A DNA stretch of 49,332 bases from a virus (Duplodnaviria > Caudoviricetes). Under the pieces are notes generated by a model. The model made no database searches. It was not told where the DNA came from and saw only the letters and a program-made list of their open reading frames with translations. This document shows, piece after piece, positions 9,414 through 18,975 of the stretch. The stretch lies in IMG/VR virus record IMGVR_UViG_3300037483_000057, positions 1 through 49,332 of that record; one strand, written 5' to 3'. The position numbers and the translations under genes are program-made. Within the stretch, counting starts at the first letter, position 1. Every line of letters starts with the position of its first letter.

Positions 9414-10291
9414 TGTCGGATCTAGTTACAAGATATACCAAGGGTTCTGCTCTAACTCATGAACAGTTAGATACTCATGTTGTTGAGGAATGTCTGACGT
9501 ATAATGGAGCTACTCTTACCTTAGACCAGACTCATAATCGGGATCATATAGTCCTACAGACAGGAACTACAGCAATACAGTTTACTGCCACAGCTACTCT
9601 TAGTGCTGCCCTAGACGCAATTTCAGCCAGTATCCCTATAGGGTGGTCCTGCAAGATAAGTAACAACACTGGTGTGACTGTAACCATAAATGGTGCTGGG
9701 GTTCAGTTCAATGGTGGTACTGGAACATATCCCTTGATAGATAATGAATCTGTAACCGTAGGTTTTGATAATGTTAGTGCTACTAAAGGCTACTTCCTTA
9801 TAAGCAATGGGCCTTTTCCTCGTGATGTTTTTCTACCAGCGGAATCAGTTGGAACTGGAACGTCTATAACTCAAGCCACAGTGGGTACAGTTGAGGAAAT
9901 CTCTTTAACTTTTGCTGGCGTATCGGGCAGTCTTACTGGAAGTCCTCTAATACGTATTGGGAATGGTGGAGCCCTTGACTCGACGGGGTATGCTGGAGCA
10001 TGTTTCGCTAGAGGATCAGAAGAAGACACGGGGACTACAGGTGCTCAACTTAATTCAGCGGCAGCAAGCGCGAGCGAATCATATAGTGGGAATGCTACGA
10101 TTCGGCATCTTGGTAGCAATGTATGGAATATCTCAGGGTGGTCTTATAACTCGGCGGCAGCGGGAGGTGATGGTGCTGCATTACAATACACGGTTACACT
10201 TGCTGGTGCGTTGGATATTGTTGGATTAGCCATTACATCTGGTGTTTTCGATGGCGGAACGTGGCGCGTTAAATATACGAGAAGTGCATAA
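9413..10291 (+). CDS. Putative tail fibre / receptor-binding protein
   Basis: N-terminal LVTRYTKGSALTHEQLD resembles fibre attachment motifs; Gly/Thr/Ala-rich beta content; last gene before the ejection proteins. Confidence 0.6.
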   Translation: MSDLVTRYTKGSALTHEQLDTHVVEECLTYNGATLTLDQTHNRDHIVLQTGTTAIQFTATATLSAALDAISASIPIGWSCKISNNTGVTVTINGAGVQFNGGTGTYPLIDNESVTVGFDNVSATKGYFLISNGPFPRDVFLPAESVGTGTSITQATVGTVEEISLTFAGVSGSLTGSPLIRIGNGGALDSTGYAGACFARGSEEDTGTTGAQLNSAAASASESYSGNATIRHLGSNVWNISGWSYNSAAAGGDGAALQYTVTLAGALDIVGLAITSGVFDGGTWRVKYTRSA

Positions 10292-10316
10292 TAGAACTTC
10301 TTAAGAGGTAATAAAA

Positions 10317-11150
10317 ATGGGACTATTTGATTCAATTGGGAAAATCTTTGAGACTGGACAGAATATACTCAGTGGTGGTAAAACTGGTACTCTGCAAGAT
10401 ATAGCTAAGAACTACAGGAATGCCTACAGTTCTGCCTCCCAAGATGTTATAAAATATCAAGATCCTTATGTCCAGGGGGGACTAGCGGGGTTGAAGGGAT
10501 ATCAAGGCTTAGGAGAATTCGAGTTTGGTCCTGAGAATTTTACTCCCGGTGCTCCAGAACAATACCAAGCTCTACAACAGCAGATACAACAACTTATATC
10601 CGGTGCGGGTGATCTTTACACTACGGATGCGAGAGGGCGTAAAAAGCTAGATCAGAACAAACTTAATCAACTACGTACTCAAATAGCTCCCTTGATGCAG
10701 CAACTACAAAAGAAATCTTTCTATGATCCTAGTTATCAATTTAGGCTCAATGAAGGATTAGGTGCTGTAGAGAGAAGCCAAGCCTCTAAGGGCCAATACT
10801 TTAGTGGTAATACTCTTGCTTCTTTACAAAGTAGAGGCCAGCAAGAAGCGTCCCAAGAATACCAGAATGCTTATGAGCGAGCTTTATCTAGCTATAACAC
10901 TAACAAAGGTTATTATGGAACCTCGATGGCATTAGGTTCTCTTCAAGCTCAGGGATTAGGGGAGAATCTAGCTGATCTTGCTCTTGGAAGAGCAGAGACA
11001 GGAGCAGGTGTAAGTATGGCTAAATCTCAAGTTAATCAAGATATTCTTAGTAGTCTTACTGGAGGTATATATAATGCTGGGAGGGAAGAAGGTTCTACTC
11101 CGGGTTTTGATCTAGCAGCACTTGGGAAAAAGATTGGAGGACTCTTCTAA
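10317..11150 (+). CDS. Internal virion / DNA ejection protein (P22 gp7-like)
   Basis: MGLFDSIG N-terminus; PYVQGGLAGL; DPSYQFRLNEGLGAVERSQASKGQYFSGNTL; Gln/Gly-rich. Confidence 0.7.
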   Translation: MGLFDSIGKIFETGQNILSGGKTGTLQDIAKNYRNAYSSASQDVIKYQDPYVQGGLAGLKGYQGLGEFEFGPENFTPGAPEQYQALQQQIQQLISGAGDLYTTDARGRKKLDQNKLNQLRTQIAPLMQQLQKKSFYDPSYQFRLNEGLGAVERSQASKGQYFSGNTLASLQSRGQQEASQEYQNAYERALSSYNTNKGYYGTSMALGSLQAQGLGENLADLALGRAETGAGVSMAKSQVNQDILSSLTGGIYNAGREEGSTPGFDLAALGKKIGGLF

Positions 11151-12226
11151 TGGCCGTTAATGCAAGAATATCCCCTACAAGTTTAGCCTTCTTAAAGGAG
11201 TTTGGAGAGTCCCCCTCTTTCTTGAGTCAACTGAGAGAAAGAGAAATTCAAAATAGAGAGCTCGCTATTAAGGAAAAAATAGCTCAAGGTTCAGCAGAAA
11301 AGAGTGACTTTGATATATTTAAAGGCTTACAGGAAATGGGGTCGGAAGCTGACACGCAAGCTAGGATGGATCAAGCAAGACTAATGACAGGCCCTCCTCC
11401 TCCTCCCGGCTCCCCTCCTGAAGCTGGAGTAGAATTCTATCGCCAGTTATATCTTAATATGGGCAAAGCTAAGGTAGATCCTAGAGAAGTAGCTAAGACT
11501 GATATACCACAAGCCTTTGGAATGTGGGAGACTAAGGGACCACTGGCTACTGCTACGGCTACTGCATCAGGGACACAACCAGGAAGTCCTTACTTAGAAC
11601 AATTACAAAAATCTGAAGCAACTACATTTACAGAACAGGGAAAATTAGCACAATCAGCAGCAGCAGAACTTAATTCTGCTAATGAAGCCTCTAAGCTAGT
11701 TAATAAAGGTATTATAACCGGATTTGGTGCAGATTTTATCACTGGTTTTGGTAACTTTCTAACTCAAACAGGACTATATAAAGGAGATGCTGTATCTAAT
11801 ACTCAAACATTTGCTGCTAATAGAGCACAGGCAGTAGGACAATTACTAGGATCAGGTATCCTTGGTGCAGGCACCGGTATTACTGAGTTCGACGTACAGT
11901 TTGCCCAAAATATGTCTGCTGGTAAAATAACTATTACAGAGGATTCCATAAAGAGAATCATAGAACTTAATGCTAGGGTATCTAAGAACATTATAAAGAA
12001 TTACAATAAGAAAGCATCTAAGATACCAAAGGAAGCAATTCCCTATGAACTCACTATAGAAGCTCCCCAGTTTAAACCTTTCTTAACTGGGAAGAATTAT
12101 TCAACTGATAATGCACCTCCTCCTGGAGAATGGAAGTATGGTGATCTATGGGGCAATCAAAGATATATAGGTGGCCCACCCAACTTAGAAACTAGTTGGG
12201 AGTCTATGTCTGTTTGGGAGCAATAA
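11150..12226 (+). CDS. Internal virion / DNA ejection protein (P22 gp20-position)
   Basis: Second of three coupled large ORFs after the fibre; helical, Ala/Gly/Gln-rich. Confidence 0.55.
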   Translation: MAVNARISPTSLAFLKEFGESPSFLSQLREREIQNRELAIKEKIAQGSAEKSDFDIFKGLQEMGSEADTQARMDQARLMTGPPPPPGSPPEAGVEFYRQLYLNMGKAKVDPREVAKTDIPQAFGMWETKGPLATATATASGTQPGSPYLEQLQKSEATTFTEQGKLAQSAAAELNSANEASKLVNKGIITGFGADFITGFGNFLTQTGLYKGDAVSNTQTFAANRAQAVGQLLGSGILGAGTGITEFDVQFAQNMSAGKITITEDSIKRIIELNARVSKNIIKNYNKKASKIPKEAIPYELTIEAPQFKPFLTGKNYSTDNAPPPGEWKYGDLWGNQRYIGGPPNLETSWESMSVWEQ

Positions 12227-14400
12227 TGAATCCTTGGGATTTTTATCAATCTAAAGAGCAACCTCCTGCTGGAACTGCTGTAACTACAGTTCAGGAGAAA
12301 CCTATTTCTAATATAGTTACTCAACAGCAACAGCAAGGAGAACTAAATATTGATGATCTTATAACCACTGCTGCTAATAAGTATGGGGTTTCCCCTATCT
12401 TGATGAAATCTTTATTTAAACAGGAGAGTGGTTTTAGGCCAACAGCAGTTAGTTCTAAGGGGGCAGTTGGCATAGGTCAGCTTATGCCCAAGACTGCTAG
12501 AGAACTAGGGCTAGTAGTAGATGAGAATAATGATGAAAGATTGATACCAGAAAAGAATGTAGATGCTTCCACTAGATATTTAAAGAAGATGCTTGATGCT
12601 AATAATGGGGATATAAGCAAAGCCTTGGCTAGTTACAACGCTGGACTAGGCAATGTTCAAAAGTATGGTGGTGTTCCTCCTCCTGAATTTGCAGGGGGTG
12701 AAACACATAATTACGTAAAGAGTATCTTGGCTAATTATCAATCTCAAGGTGGCATTGAGAAAACTATAAAGACTCCTTTAACATATGATAAACCTGTGCA
12801 ACCTTGGGACTATTACAAGGATTCAGAGGAAGTAGCTAATGAAACACCAAATTTCTTTAAGAGAGTATATGAAGATTTTAAAGAAAGAGGTACTAAACTT
12901 AATAAATTAGAGAAACAGTTATTGACTGGTGAAAGGCCACCTCTTGAAGCAGCTATTAATATAGCCAACCAGGGTGTTGCTGGCCCTTTAATTGATGTTA
13001 TAGGTGAAGGACTACAGTCTGCTTTTAATGGTGCTAATTCAGCTATAAAGATGCTAGCACCTAATCTTGGTGATGCAGTGTCCACGAAGATTAAGCAAGG
13101 TTTTGAGCACATGGTCAACACAGATGTGGGGCAAGCTGGTTTAAAGGCTCTTAATACTTCTGAAGCAACTTGGAAGGACTTTGCAGCTAAAAATCCTAGA
13201 ACCGCTGAGTTATTGGGTTCCATGTTCAATATTGCTACAGTATTTTCCCCTGCCTCTAAAGCTAAAGCTCCCCCTAGCCTACTAGGAGAGAGGGCTCAAG
13301 CATTGGATAAACTAGCGGGTAAGCAAATAGAAGAAAGCAGAAGGACTTTTGTAACTAGATTAATACAGGAAAAAGAAACCCCCACTATAGCTAAGGAACA
13401 TGCAAGGAGAAAGGTTAGCGTGGGTGAAGAAGAGTTTAAAATATACAACCCGGTTTCTTATTTTCAGAGATACGAGGTTATACCATCAAAGAAAGAAAAA
13501 GAGATTGCTGATTTGGTTATGAAGATACCCGCAGTCAGCAAAGCTAGGTCAGTACAAGGTAATTACAATGCCGTGTATGAGGCCAATATCAAAGAAGCTC
13601 AAGATTTAGAAAGAACCCTGGCTGGAATGACCACAACAAGGATAGATCCTGTTGTAGCTGGGAGTAGAATACAGACAGCAATGACTGACCTTATTAAAAG
13701 TAATCCTACCATTGTGGGGGAACCTGCCTTGGCAGCTAAAGCTAAGTTAGTAGCAGACAAGGCAGCAGCATTTATAAAAGATAACCCAGATAATCCTCTT
13801 GGGATGCTAAAGGCAAGACAAGCCCTAGATCATTGGGCGGAATTAAATAAGCCAAACGTATTTGATAAAACCCAAGATGCTTTTACTGTTTCATTAAGAA
13901 CAGCTAGAACTGAAATGAATGATATGATACCTATGAGTGTTGATTCCAGGCGCAAACAGAATCTAATGTATGAAGCTCAAGATGTTTTAGATTCTAAAGC
14001 AGCTATTGATGCTAACACGAGAATAGGACGAACTCTTCAGAATGTATTCAGGGTACTTCCACTTAGAGAACGAGCCTTGAGTATAATGGCTCTAATAGGT
14101 GGTACTTCAATTCTAGGTGCTGCTCACACTATGGCACCCTATCTTACTACGGGGCTTGGTGTAGCTTTGGTAGTACCCGCTGCTGGCAAGATGATTATGA
14201 GTTCACAAGCTAAACAAGGTGCATCTTTACTCATAAAGCTCACCGATGAAGCTATCCTTAAGAGTAAGAATGATCTTATGGTGGCTCAATTAAGGAAGGA
14301 TAGGATAGCTTTGGTTGAACTACTTAAAACCTCTGCTACATGGGAAGAACTAGAGAAAGAGAGACAAAAGCCCGTCTATAATTCACCGTGGATACGGTAA
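12226..14400 (+). CDS. Internal virion protein with soluble lytic transglycosylase (SLT) domain
   Basis: SLT motifs QESGFRPTAVSSKGAVGIGQLMPKTA, ALASYNAG and ETHNYV. Start reassigned to ATG 12226 (TAATG overlap). Confidence 0.85.
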   Translation: MNPWDFYQSKEQPPAGTAVTTVQEKPISNIVTQQQQQGELNIDDLITTAANKYGVSPILMKSLFKQESGFRPTAVSSKGAVGIGQLMPKTARELGLVVDENNDERLIPEKNVDASTRYLKKMLDANNGDISKALASYNAGLGNVQKYGGVPPPEFAGGETHNYVKSILANYQSQGGIEKTIKTPLTYDKPVQPWDYYKDSEEVANETPNFFKRVYEDFKERGTKLNKLEKQLLTGERPPLEAAINIANQGVAGPLIDVIGEGLQSAFNGANSAIKMLAPNLGDAVSTKIKQGFEHMVNTDVGQAGLKALNTSEATWKDFAAKNPRTAELLGSMFNIATVFSPASKAKAPPSLLGERAQALDKLAGKQIEESRRTFVTRLIQEKETPTIAKEHARRKVSVGEEEFKIYNPVSYFQRYEVIPSKKEKEIADLVMKIPAVSKARSVQGNYNAVYEANIKEAQDLERTLAGMTTTRIDPVVAGSRIQTAMTDLIKSNPTIVGEPALAAKAKLVADKAAAFIKDNPDNPLGMLKARQALDHWAELNKPNVFDKTQDAFTVSLRTARTEMNDMIPMSVDSRRKQNLMYEAQDVLDSKAAIDANTRIGRTLQNVFRVLPLRERALSIMALIGGTSILGAAHTMAPYLTTGLGVALVVPAAGKMIMSSQAKQGASLLIKLTDEAILKSKNDLMVAQLRKDRIALVELLKTSATWEELEKERQKPVYNSPWIR

Positions 14401-14642
14401 CAGATTACCTAAAGGACAACTATCCATGGATAGCAGGAATAATTACAGCTATTTGGTATATGGTGATTAAGGTAAAAAAAATGATATTTAAGGACTATGT
14501 TACTAAAGAGGAATTAGCGTGCTGCAAGAATGAGTTACTTCTAAGACTTGACATGATAGACGATAAAATAGAAAGAGCGTCAGAGACCAACACTCAACGG
14601 ATCCTAGATGCCTTGATTCAGCAGAAACATGGGCAAGTTTGA
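14388..14642 (+). CDS. Small membrane protein (holin/antiholin-like)
   Basis: One N-terminal TM (PWIAGIITAIWYMVI) followed by a coiled-coil-like tail. Confidence 0.4.
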   Translation: MDTVTDYLKDNYPWIAGIITAIWYMVIKVKKMIFKDYVTKEELACCKNELLLRLDMIDDKIERASETNTQRILDALIQQKHGQV

Positions 14643-15153
14643 CTGGAAGGAAGTAGTTAAAACCATTGCTCCTACACTGGGGAAGGTGGTGTCTATAGCT
14701 AATCCTATGGCGGGATTAGCTCTCAGCACTCTCTCTGAGGTTCTCCTAGGAAAGCTGGACGGCACAGAAGAGGATATCAGCCTCGCCCTGAAGGTAGCTA
14801 CCCCTGAGCAATTGTTGCTGCTTAAACAGGCTGACAATCAGTTTAAACTAGATATGGAAAAACTAGAACTTGATTTCTCTAACTTAGATCAACAGGACAG
14901 ATCAGGGGCTAGGGATATGGCTTCCAAGACTTCCCTGTATCCTCAGATAGCGCTCAGTGTTTTTTATATAGGCGGCTACTTTGGGTTATTGTTCTTATTC
15001 GTAACTGGAGGAGTACAAGTACCAGACACTTTAAAGACAGAGTTTAACATGCTCCTTGGTATGCTCAGCGCCCCAATGTTGAATATACTTAACTTCTGGT
15101 TTGGTAGTAGTAAGAGCAGTCATGACAAGAATCAACTACTAGGGAACCGATAA
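14629..15153 (+). CDS. Holin-like membrane protein
   Basis: DRSGARDM followed by two hydrophobic segments ending in LNFWFGSS; last gene of the late arm. Confidence 0.55.
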   Translation: MGKFDWKEVVKTIAPTLGKVVSIANPMAGLALSTLSEVLLGKLDGTEEDISLALKVATPEQLLLLKQADNQFKLDMEKLELDFSNLDQQDRSGARDMASKTSLYPQIALSVFYIGGYFGLLFLFVTGGVQVPDTLKTEFNMLLGMLSAPMLNILNFWFGSSKSSHDKNQLLGNR

Positions 15154-15314
15154 TATGTCGTACCATACATGTTTTCAAATACCAATGGACCATATATTAT
15201 CTTTCTTTCCACTGGTTCAAGCCATACGATCATATTATCTATAAATACAGGATGCCAAGCATACCATTTATGCCATTCATAAAGAGGGACTGAAATCTTT
15301 AGTTTGAATCTCAT
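15132..15314 (-). CDS. Hypothetical protein (Trp-rich WHKWYAWHPV type)
   Basis: SD ggag; motif common in small phage proteins; last gene of the minus arm. Confidence 0.6.
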   Translation of the reverse strand: MRFKLKISVPLYEWHKWYAWHPVFIDNMIVWLEPVERKIIYGPLVFENMYGTTYYRFPSS

Positions 15315-15556
15315 ATGATTATCTCCAATAACACGAGGGTGTTTCTAGTTATGATCCTCTTCTTGGTGTCACTAACGCCCTCTTTGTACTTAAATCAGCA
15401 CCCTATGGAAAAGAAAGTTCAGGATTATAGAATAGTTCTTCATTGTACTTCTTCCAATAGCATATGGGGATGGATGTATGGTGAACATGCTGCTAATAGA
15501 GTCTTTAAGTTTGGAGATACTAAATATATACATCAGTACCAGAATTGTAAGTTTAT

Positions 15557-15745
15557 TTAGTCCCCTATAACCTCGTATTTACTGCTAAATCTACCATGAC
15601 TCTCTATTCTGATATGAGTAAGTTCTTCTCTTAAGAGAGTATTCTGAGCTTCTAGTTCTTCACATCTCCTCTTGTAGTGTGAATGTTCCATCTGTTCATA
15701 GAGATACTTAGCATATACGTCTTCTTCATCTAGCAGCATTCTCAT
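15557..15745 (-). CDS. Hypothetical coiled-coil protein
   Basis: ATGA-coupled to the upstream ORF. Confidence 0.55.
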   Translation of the reverse strand: MRMLLDEEDVYAKYLYEQMEHSHYKRRCEELEAQNTLLREELTHIRIESHGRFSSKYEVIGD

Positions 15746-16020
15746 TCCTCCTCTATAGGAAGATCATTCTCTAGGATAGTCATGTTAACTATAGCTATTG
15801 AGGGTATGGTCATCTCTCCACAACCAGATTCCTCTAATCCCAGCTTCTCATCAGAACCATAAATATGAGGGATTATAGTTATAGACTCTTCATCATACCG
15901 CAAGATGTACCCTACTGAGGTACAGGTAGCATTGTTTGGTACCTCCCTCAGTACACTCAGTGGTGTCCATGAACTACCTGCCCCCACACTGTCCAGCCAT
16001 TCCACCTTAGCTATTTTCAT
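15742..16020 (-). CDS. Hypothetical protein (VEWxDS...CxSVG phage family)
   Basis: ATGA-coupled; recurrent phage motif pattern. Confidence 0.6.
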   Translation of the reverse strand: MKIAKVEWLDSVGAGSSWTPLSVLREVPNNATCTSVGYILRYDEESITIIPHIYGSDEKLGLEESGCGEMTIPSIAIVNMTILENDLPIEEE

Positions 16021-16211
16021 GATGTCAACCCCGTTACTTGCTGTTTTATTAGCAATTTTGCATACTCTTTCCTTGTATAATGTTTATTATTAAGATAAAC
16101 ACCATTAGGATATATCCACTCAGGATAGGGAAGTGGTGGAAGTTTACTACAATTATCTCCAACAACCATTGTGCCTTCAGGCTTAACTCTAGCTAAACCA
16201 AAGTTGCTCAT
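16017..16211 (-). CDS. Hypothetical 64-aa protein with capsid-like N-terminal peptide
   Basis: Strong SD (aggagg); stop overlaps the next start; the N-terminus matches MCP residues 51-65. Confidence 0.65.
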   Translation of the reverse strand: MSNFGLARVKPEGTMVVGDNCSKLPPLPYPEWIYPNGVYLNNKHYTRKEYAKLLIKQQVTGLTS

Positions 16212-16263
16212 TTAAAGTACCTCCTACTTCCATCCATGTAATATTAGGTTTATGCTCCATTTT

Positions 16264-18975
16264 TTAAACAATGTCGCACCCACTTGCGCTGCACGCCAAC
16301 TCATGTGAAACAGTTGTTGTATCTTCAGTTTCATAAGAAGATAGTTTGCTCCAATCAATATCTTTCGGGAACGACTTAATAGCTTCATTATATTCTTCCT
16401 CTGTGCACTCAGAATAAGGTGCTTGTTTATAAACATGGTCTGTGTGGGGAAGGAATGCCACCCCACTCAAAAGATCAAAGTTCCTGTACACCCATGCCCC
16501 TACTTCCATCCATTCATGTTCTCGTACATACACTGTGATACTGGGTTTATGCTCACACCAGAATTCTGCGTATACTTTCCATAGCTCTAGTTGTTCTAGG
16601 GCAGTCATATCGTCTCTCATTACGGAGCCCTCAGGCGCTTTTTGAGGGAATGAAAAGACTGCTGTAGTATTCTCCTTGCCTATCGCATCTTCTACAGGAA
16701 CCCCTTGATCCTTTAAAAATTGATAAATAGGGTCTTTCTTATCAGACCTGACAGTGCGTATATAATACCTACTATAACGGGGATGTATACCAGAGGCGGA
16801 GTCAACAAGCTGTGATACGGTTCCGCTGGGTTTCACAGCGGTAACAGCGGTACTAGGGCTGATATTTAGCTTAGTGGCCCATTCTGCGTTGGTTTCAATC
16901 GCAACATTCTTTAACTCCTCTAATATTTCTGGTAAACTCTTTATGCCTTCTCCAGAACCACTCTCTATATACAAGGCTTTTGGATTACTAAGAATAGGAT
17001 GATCCATAATACCAGTAAGACTTACTCCTAAGAGCCTTTCTTCTTCAGTGTTCTCTTTCCACTTTTTACTCAAGTACTTAAAGTTAGTGAGTGTGGATTG
17101 AAGAGTGCCAAGAATAGTTGCTTTTCTAACCTTTTCCTTTAGAATATCAAGAGTGTCAGAAGGACGCACTACTACTTCTGACAGGTTGCAAAATTGTTTG
17201 GATCTCAGAATAATCTCCGAGCAAGGATTCGTCCCAAAATTGTGATCCTGGTCTCTTCGCCCGTTACGAGCAGCAATCTTCTTTGCTGCTACCCTATTGA
17301 ATATTCCTCTTTCCCCACTCTTGGACTCATAGAGTGATAGCCATTCTTTTAGAAAAATACCGTTGTCTGGCTTCTCGGTATAGCAGACGGAATTATTACT
17401 GAGTGCCCGTTGTGCATTTTCATCCCACCATCTGCCTGTTTTGGCATTACGCATGCGCTCATCTGTGAGATTTGAAAGACTGAGTAGAGCAGAACGACGC
17501 ACACCACCAACAACAACAACGTCTGCAATTTTGCATACCAAATCATGACATTCAATAGAGTTGAGTTTTCTACCCCTGGCATTCTTGAATACTCCTACGG
17601 TAAAGTTAAATAGGTCAATAAGAGGTTCGGGGCCACTATTATGACTCACAAAACCATTAGCTATAAAATTATGATTAGGTCCCTCCATAGATAAATCGTA
17701 TACTCTTTCCTCTCCCACTTTTACTATGGATACAATTTCGTCCCAAGACATATACTTATGGGAAAATCCATCCCCAAGAGTTCTTTCTCTTGCATGTAAC
17801 TCTTGATGACATTTAGAGCATAGATTAAGAAGATTGTTATGAACATTATTATGTGGATTACGGTCTATATGATGAACTTCAAATCTTGTGTTTTCCCTGC
17901 CACACTGCTCACAATATCCTTTACGGTATTCCTTATTTTCTTTTCTCTGTCTAGCAGTAGTTCCCAAACTGTCAGGTTTAATCTGACACTTATCAAAACA
18001 GGGCTTGCACTTCTGTGCCTTTCTGCTTATTGACATACCACAAACTACACAGGTACCCGTTCTTTTTTCACTTCCATTTACAGCTATCATGTCTCCTATA
18101 TTAAATGTATTAAGATACACCCACTCTCCAAGAGCATTCATAAATCTATGATTAGGGGTTGCTTTTATTTTATATCCATTATGAGTAGATACCTCATAAA
18201 CATGGGAAATTCCGTTGTCTATAACATCAATCAATTTATTGTAATATATTTTCCCTGTCTGTTCCTCTACAGAACGAAGTTTAATTCTATTAAAATGTCC
18301 ACTTGAAGCTTTTAATTTTACCAAGTCATTGATCGTGATCTCCAGGTATGACCTACTCTTTTTACCTGAGCGATAAACTTTGGTATCTCCAGCGAGGCAA
18401 GCCCTACCTCCAAAAGTTTTAAGTCTACTTCCTGCGGGTCGAATCTTAGACATGTCCCATTTGGGTACTTTACCTCCATACAAGAGGGAGATAAGCTCAC
18501 GATATGAAGACGCCCATCCGATTTTGGAATCAGGTACACCAATGATTGTGTCTGTGTCATAAAATTCCTCTGCTATTTCTGGTAGTTGGTTTATATACTG
18601 TCTCTCTACACTGAAGCCAACACCTGTGCCTGATAGCAGGACATACATGATCTCATCGAATGAGCGAACACTACTAAGATCGATGTAAGCACAGTTATAG
18701 CAAGAAACATTGCACCTTTCAGCAGCCTTTCCTGCTACCATTAAAGCCCTCATAGAGGGTACTACTTCTAGTCCTAGTATACTATCTCTAATAGTATTCA
18801 AGACATTTTTTAATTCTAAGATATCTGTTTCAGATATACTGGTATTATTTTCAGCCTGTCCATATATAAAAGCGATATATCTATCTACTGTTTCAGTAAA
18901 AGTCTCTCGCCTGCTTTCCTTATCCAACCAGCGAGCATAACGTGATAGGGCTATATATTGTTGATAATTATTCAT
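16264..18975 (-). CDS. nrdJ: Class II (adenosylcobalamin-dependent, monomeric RTPR-type) ribonucleotide reductase, intein-containing
   Basis: PSMRAL, YNCAY, GTGVGFSVE, VVVGGVRRSA, GTNPCSEI (catalytic NPCxE), VKPSGTVSQL, HKPSITV, C-terminal CSASGC. No small-subunit gene is present. Confidence 0.9.
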   Translation of the reverse strand: MNNYQQYIALSRYARWLDKESRRETFTETVDRYIAFIYGQAENNTSISETDILELKNVLNTIRDSILGLEVVPSMRALMVAGKAAERCNVSCYNCAYIDLSSVRSFDEIMYVLLSGTGVGFSVERQYINQLPEIAEEFYDTDTIIGVPDSKIGWASSYRELISLLYGGKVPKWDMSKIRPAGSRLKTFGGRACLAGDTKVYRSGKKSRSYLEITINDLVKLKASSGHFNRIKLRSVEEQTGKIYYNKLIDVIDNGISHVYEVSTHNGYKIKATPNHRFMNALGEWVYLNTFNIGDMIAVNGSEKRTGTCVVCGMSISRKAQKCKPCFDKCQIKPDSLGTTARQRKENKEYRKGYCEQCGRENTRFEVHHIDRNPHNNVHNNLLNLCSKCHQELHARERTLGDGFSHKYMSWDEIVSIVKVGEERVYDLSMEGPNHNFIANGFVSHNSGPEPLIDLFNFTVGVFKNARGRKLNSIECHDLVCKIADVVVVGGVRRSALLSLSNLTDERMRNAKTGRWWDENAQRALSNNSVCYTEKPDNGIFLKEWLSLYESKSGERGIFNRVAAKKIAARNGRRDQDHNFGTNPCSEIILRSKQFCNLSEVVVRPSDTLDILKEKVRKATILGTLQSTLTNFKYLSKKWKENTEEERLLGVSLTGIMDHPILSNPKALYIESGSGEGIKSLPEILEELKNVAIETNAEWATKLNISPSTAVTAVKPSGTVSQLVDSASGIHPRYSRYYIRTVRSDKKDPIYQFLKDQGVPVEDAIGKENTTAVFSFPQKAPEGSVMRDDMTALEQLELWKVYAEFWCEHKPSITVYVREHEWMEVGAWVYRNFDLLSGVAFLPHTDHVYKQAPYSECTEEEYNEAIKSFPKDIDWSKLSSYETEDTTTVSHELACSASGCDIV
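17638..18399 (-). mobile_element. Intein (254 aa) in nrdJ carrying an HNH endonuclease domain
   Basis: Interrupts conserved GGRA|SGPEPL. Starts CLAGDT; block B IKATPNHRF; block F VYDLSM; ends HNFIANGFVSHN before the +1 Ser. Internal CEQC..EVHHIDRN..NN..NL..LCSKCH. Confidence 0.92.
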
